From positions 69,874,001 to 69,938,000 of the forward strand of contig OZ024741.1 of assembly GCA_964016885.1 (NCBI GenBank): a stretch of DNA of 64,000 nucleotides, read 5' to 3'. The notes below the pieces were generated by a model, which saw only the letters and a list, made by a program, of their open reading frames with translations, was not told where the DNA came from and searched no databases. Source of the DNA: Eledone cirrhosa (taxonomy: Eukaryota). The stretch's first letter is position 1. The number at the start of each line of letters is the position of its first letter. Below, piece after piece: positions 60,017-64,000 of this stretch. The position numbers and the translations under genes are program-made.

Positions 60017-60218
60017 CACAAGGGTCGACTTAAAAATGTATAGGCTGATTATGAAGGAATGATGCTAGAGCTTTGAAATCTTGTATGCTTTAATTTCAAC
60101 TCTTCTTATTAATAATTGCTTTGTTTCTTTCTCGAGGATATGCTGAAAAATATACCTCATTTGGTCGTTCCATGCGAGTATCTAGGTCAGCCTATGAATT
60201 TTTCAGCCGACCCTCGTA
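60017..60218. mobile_element. Mariner-type MITE
   Basis: Same family as 21637-21837. Confidence 0.7.
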
Positions 60219-60796
60219 CACAACCACAACATACATAGATTAGTATTGGTCTTTAAGAACAGGTGGGCTCCCGGGAAACTACCCAGTATGCCCTTGATTT
60301 GAGGTGTTACCTTATCTCTCGTGTGAGGTAATGTGTTGATAAATAAATGTAAACCAACAAATTAGATTGGCCTACATCTAAAATAGGGGTGGATGCCAAC
60401 ACAGGTGGTCTATTATAAAAATGTAAAAAACAAAAACAAAACAACACAAACACCAAATAAATAAAACAACGCAACAACAACAAACACTACCCCACAAAAG
60501 AAAATAACAACAAAAAACAAAATGGCGGTTGTGTTGATTAATTCTGCAGCTGCTACTGATGACGGTGGTCCAGTATCTTTAACAAGCATTCCATTTCTGT
60601 TCCGTCTTCCAGTGGATAATTTACCATATGTGTGTATGAAAAATGTATATGGGTGTATATATGTATATGGGTGTATAAATGTATATGGGTGTATATATGT
60701 ATATATGTATGTGCATGTATGTATATGTGTGTATGCGTGTGTTTATGAATCGACATACATACAGACAAACATATATACACACATGCATAAATATAT

Positions 60797-60875
<79 letters not shown>

Positions 60876-60876
<1 letters not shown>

Positions 60877-60922
60877 TTGCTGATGGTTTCTCCCGAATGA
60901 AACAGTTCTAGTCCTGTAGAAG
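60876..60922 (+). ncRNA. Possible degenerate HHR
   Basis: CTGATGG-T-TTC-TCCC-GAA-T-GAAA-CAG..CTG-TA; A9G change and weak stem I. Confidence 0.35.
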
Positions 60923-61163
60923 CCATTAGCCATTTCTATATTTCTATATATATATATTGTTATACTTGGGGAGGGTCATATTTGTGTAATATTGCCAGAA
61001 TTAATAACAGAACACACTCACTGTTTGGTTGGTTTTCGCTTCTCGCTTCTGTGTCTTTTATATCTGCGATCTAACTTACTCGGTCCTCAATGTTGCCATT
61101 GACTGACCGACGGTCAAAAATAATACAGATACAATATAGACACAAACACATATATATAGTTTA

Positions 61164-61203
61164 TCATAAATCTTTCGTTGCACATCTGCAACATCGTCAG
61201 TGG
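61164..61203 (-). ncRNA. HHR-like motif in the PLE 3' UTR
   Basis: rc CTGACGA-T-GTTGCA-GATG-TGCAAC-GAAA-GATT-TA; strong stem II, weak stems I and III. Confidence 0.62.
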
Positions 61204-61451
61204 TGCTATCTTTTCCTCCTGTTGTATTGTATGTCTACGCCATTTTTATTCAGTCTGTCTATATATTTATTTATTTCTTTGCTTGTTTGTTTATTTTATT
61301 TTGTCTTCTTTGCGCATGCGTTTGCGTGTGTGTATAGTGTTTTGTTTGCTGTGTGATGGGTGACTAGTGTGTGTTTATGTGCTTGTTGTTATTGTGCTTG
61401 TGTATGTATTTATTTATTTATTTATTTATTTATTTTATTTTATTTACTTAT

Positions 61452-62650
61452 TTATACTTCTCTTAGGTCAGTGTTGTTTGTTTGGGTGTTGTTGTTATTC
61501 CATTCATTCTTTCTGTTTAGTCTTGGTCTTCTAATTTCTACTTCACTGGCCTCTCTGATTTGCCTATCTGCTGGGTCATTTCTATGTTTAGATATTATTC
61601 TAATTTCTATGTTGTCTATGTTACCGTCATGTTGTTGTCTAGCATGTTCGTATAGTACTGACCCGTTTTTTCGTCCTTTTAGTTTCCCCCAGTGTTGGTC
61701 TATCCTTTCACTTATGCTACGAGCTGTCTCACCTATGTATGTTGTTGTCATGTTTCTGCAAGTACCCTCTGTACATCTTATGCTATAGACTACGTTTCTA
61801 GTTTTACAGTTTATCCGGGGGTTTACCTTACATATGATACATTTCCTATTGGTGCAGTGGGTTTTCTTAAAAGGGTAGGTTTTGCTGATCAGGGATTTTA
61901 TGGTGGTTCCTGGCTTTTCTACCACCTTAATTTTTAAGTGGGTCTTTCTCAGGGCCTTTCTACACTGGTTAGCTAATTTCCCTCCAGGGGTAGCGCCCAC
62001 AAACATGACACTCTGGTATCTCTGGTTGTCGTACCATGAGGTGGCTTTCCCTATCTTATGTCTAGCCCTATCTAAGCTATTCCATGATTTGCTCCTGTAT
62101 AATGGGCAAATTCCTTTCATGTCCAGTTCTATGAGGGTCTTATACTTCTCCATGGCTCCTTCGTATACTCTGACCCTGTCTCTTTGGTTGTAGCCAGAGA
62201 ACTGCATGCGGTTGATGAAGTGTTGGATGTGTTTTTCCATTTCTGTTGGGTCGCACATGCGGGACACATTCTTCATCACTCGTACTAAATCTGCGATCAG
62301 AATATTAAACTTAGCACTACTGGACATTGCTGAGTTTTTGAGTATCAGGTATTTAGAGGCCATGGGTTTAGCATAGTGTGAGTGGAGAATATGGGCTCTC
62401 TCGTCTATAGTGCTAATCCAGAGTTCTGTGTCTAATACAGGTAGTTTATTGTTAGGGTGTTTGGAGAGGAAGTCGATAGTTAGAGTTATACTCTGGTGTA
62501 TGGAATTAGCTATCTGCTGGATGCTTTCCATCGTGCTATGTTCTAAATCAAACTTGTTAGTGCTCTCTAGTGGGGGTGTTCTTATAACTATATTGATATC
62601 GTCTACATAACGAGAGTACATGATGTAACTATCGACTTCCCCTCCAAACA
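61452..62650 (-). CDS. PLE RT C-terminal part + GIY-YIG endonuclease (5'-truncated, frame intact)
   Basis: RYVDD, LPVLD, KPMAS, SGY, CTNRKCIIC, NVVYSIRC..YIGETAR..RIDQH..EH..H..RQIREA. Confidence 0.88.
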
Positions 62651-63656
62651 CCCTAACAATAAACTACCTGTATTAGACACAGCACTCTGGATTAACACTA
62701 TAGACGAGAGAGCCCATATTCTCCACTCACACTATGCTAAACCCATGGCCTCCAATTACCTGATACTCAAAAACTCAGCAATGTCCAGTAGTGCTAAGTT
62801 TAATATTCTGATCGCAGATTTGGTACGAGTGATGAAGAATGTGTCCCGCATGTGCGACCCAACAGAAATGGAAAAACACATCCAACACTTCATCAACCGC
62901 ATGCAGTTCTCTGGCTACAACCAAAGAGACAGAGTCAGAGTATACGAAGGAGCCATGGAAAAGTATAAGACCCTCATAGAACTGGACATGAAAGGAATTT
63001 GCCCACTATACAGGAGCAAATCATGGAATAGCTTAGATAGGGCTAGACATAAGATAGGGAAAGCCACCTCATGGTACGACAACCAGAGATACCAGAGTGT
63101 CATGTTTGTGGACGCTACCCCTGGAGGGAAATTAGCTAACCAGTGTAGAAAGGCCCTGAGAAAGACCCACTTAAAAATTAAGGTGGTAGAAAAGCCAGGA
63201 ACCACCATAAAATCCCTGATCAGCAAAACCTACCCTTTTAAGAAAACCCACTGCACCAATAGGAAATGTATCATATGTAAGGTAAACCCCCGGATAAACT
63301 GTAAAACTAGAAACGTAGTCTATAGCATAAGATGTACAGAGGGTACTTGCAGAAACATGACAACAACATACATAGGTGAGACAGCTCGTAGCATAAGTGA
63401 AAGGATAGACCAACACTGGGGGGAACTAAAAGGACGAAAAAACGGGTCAGTACTATACGAACATGCTAGACAACAACATGACGGTAACATAGACAACATA
63501 GAAATTAGAATAATATCTAAACATAGAAATGACCCAGCAGATAGGCAAATCAGAGAGGCCAGTGAAGTAGAAATTAGAAGACCAAGACTAAACAGAAAGA
63601 ATGAATGGAATAACAACAACACCCAAACAAACAACACTGACCTAAGAGAAGTATAA
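62643..63656 (+). CDS. Inverted second copy of the PLE thumb + GIY-YIG region (5'-truncated)
   Basis: ORF 62745-63656 nearly identical to the minus arm (K/N, G/D, K/E differences). Confidence 0.88.
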   Translation, partial: SKHPNNKLPVLDTALWINTIDERAHILHSHYAKPMASNYLILKNSAMSSSAKFNILIADLVRVMKNVSRMCDPTEMEKHIQHFINRMQFSGYNQRDRVRVYEGAMEKYKTLIELDMKGICPLYRSKSWNSLDRARHKIGKATSWYDNQRYQSVMFVDATPGGKLANQCRKALRKTHLKIKVVEKPGTTIKSLISKTYPFKKTHCTNRKCIICKVNPRINCKTRNVVYSIRCTEGTCRNMTTTYIGETARSISERIDQHWGELKGRKNGSVLYEHARQQHDGNIDNIEIRIISKHRNDPADRQIREASEVEIRRPRLNRKNEWNNNNTQTNNTDLREV

Positions 63657-64000
63657 ATAAGTAAATAAAATAAAATAAATAAATAAATAAATACATACAC
63701 AAGCACAATAACAACAAGCACATAAACACACACTAGTCACCCATCACACAGCAAACAAAACACTATACACACACGCAAACGCATGCGCAAAGAAGACAAA
63801 ATAAAATAAACAAACAAGCAAAGAAATAAATAAATATATAGACAGACTGAATAAAAATGGCGTAGACATACAATACAACAGGAGGAAAAGATAGCATAAA
63901 CTATATATATGTGTTTGTGTCTATATTGTATCTGTATTATTTTTGACCGTCGGTCAGTCAATGGCAACATTGAGGACCGAGTAAGTTAGATTACCGATAT

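Larger units (their letters stand above)
61069..63991. mobile_element. Head-to-head pair of 5'-truncated Penelope-like elements (tentatively Nematis-like)
   Basis: Minus arm ends at 62650, plus arm starts at 62642; shared 9-nt CTCCAAACA at the junction; arms differ by several substitutions. Confidence 0.92.

Noticed and set aside
60522-60625. Possible upstream Wnt4 exon
   Set aside because: No Wnt motif (e.g. WSGC, HNNEAGR) in the frames I read

Overview
Eukaryotic, AT- and microsatellite-rich genomic DNA, most likely from an octopod cephalopod (inferred from tRNA-derived Nin/Deu-domain SINEs and very long (TA)n tracts). The only host gene piece is the last coding exon of a Wnt4 orthologue (minus strand, 54019-54486). 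Its upstream intron seems to fill the rest of the window. The rest is transposon-derived: many SINEs, MITEs, decayed RTE/CR1 LINEs, an R4/Dong-like element in (TAA)n, an endogenous parvoviral NS1 fragment, and two Penelope-like elements (PLEs). The main signal is about 20 type I hammerhead ribozyme (HHR) motifs, read by eye. Thirteen lie in three non-coding tandem arrays (units 657, ~421 and 467 bp; retrozyme-like). All three arrays share one head-to-head, 3'-ends-outward layout in TA/AT-rich targets, and two have target-site duplications around the whole structure. A coding PLE at the window end has the same layout. Together this suggests a PLE-driven, double-primed retrozyme mobilisation system. 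All structures and family assignments are by eye and need computational and experimental confirmation.
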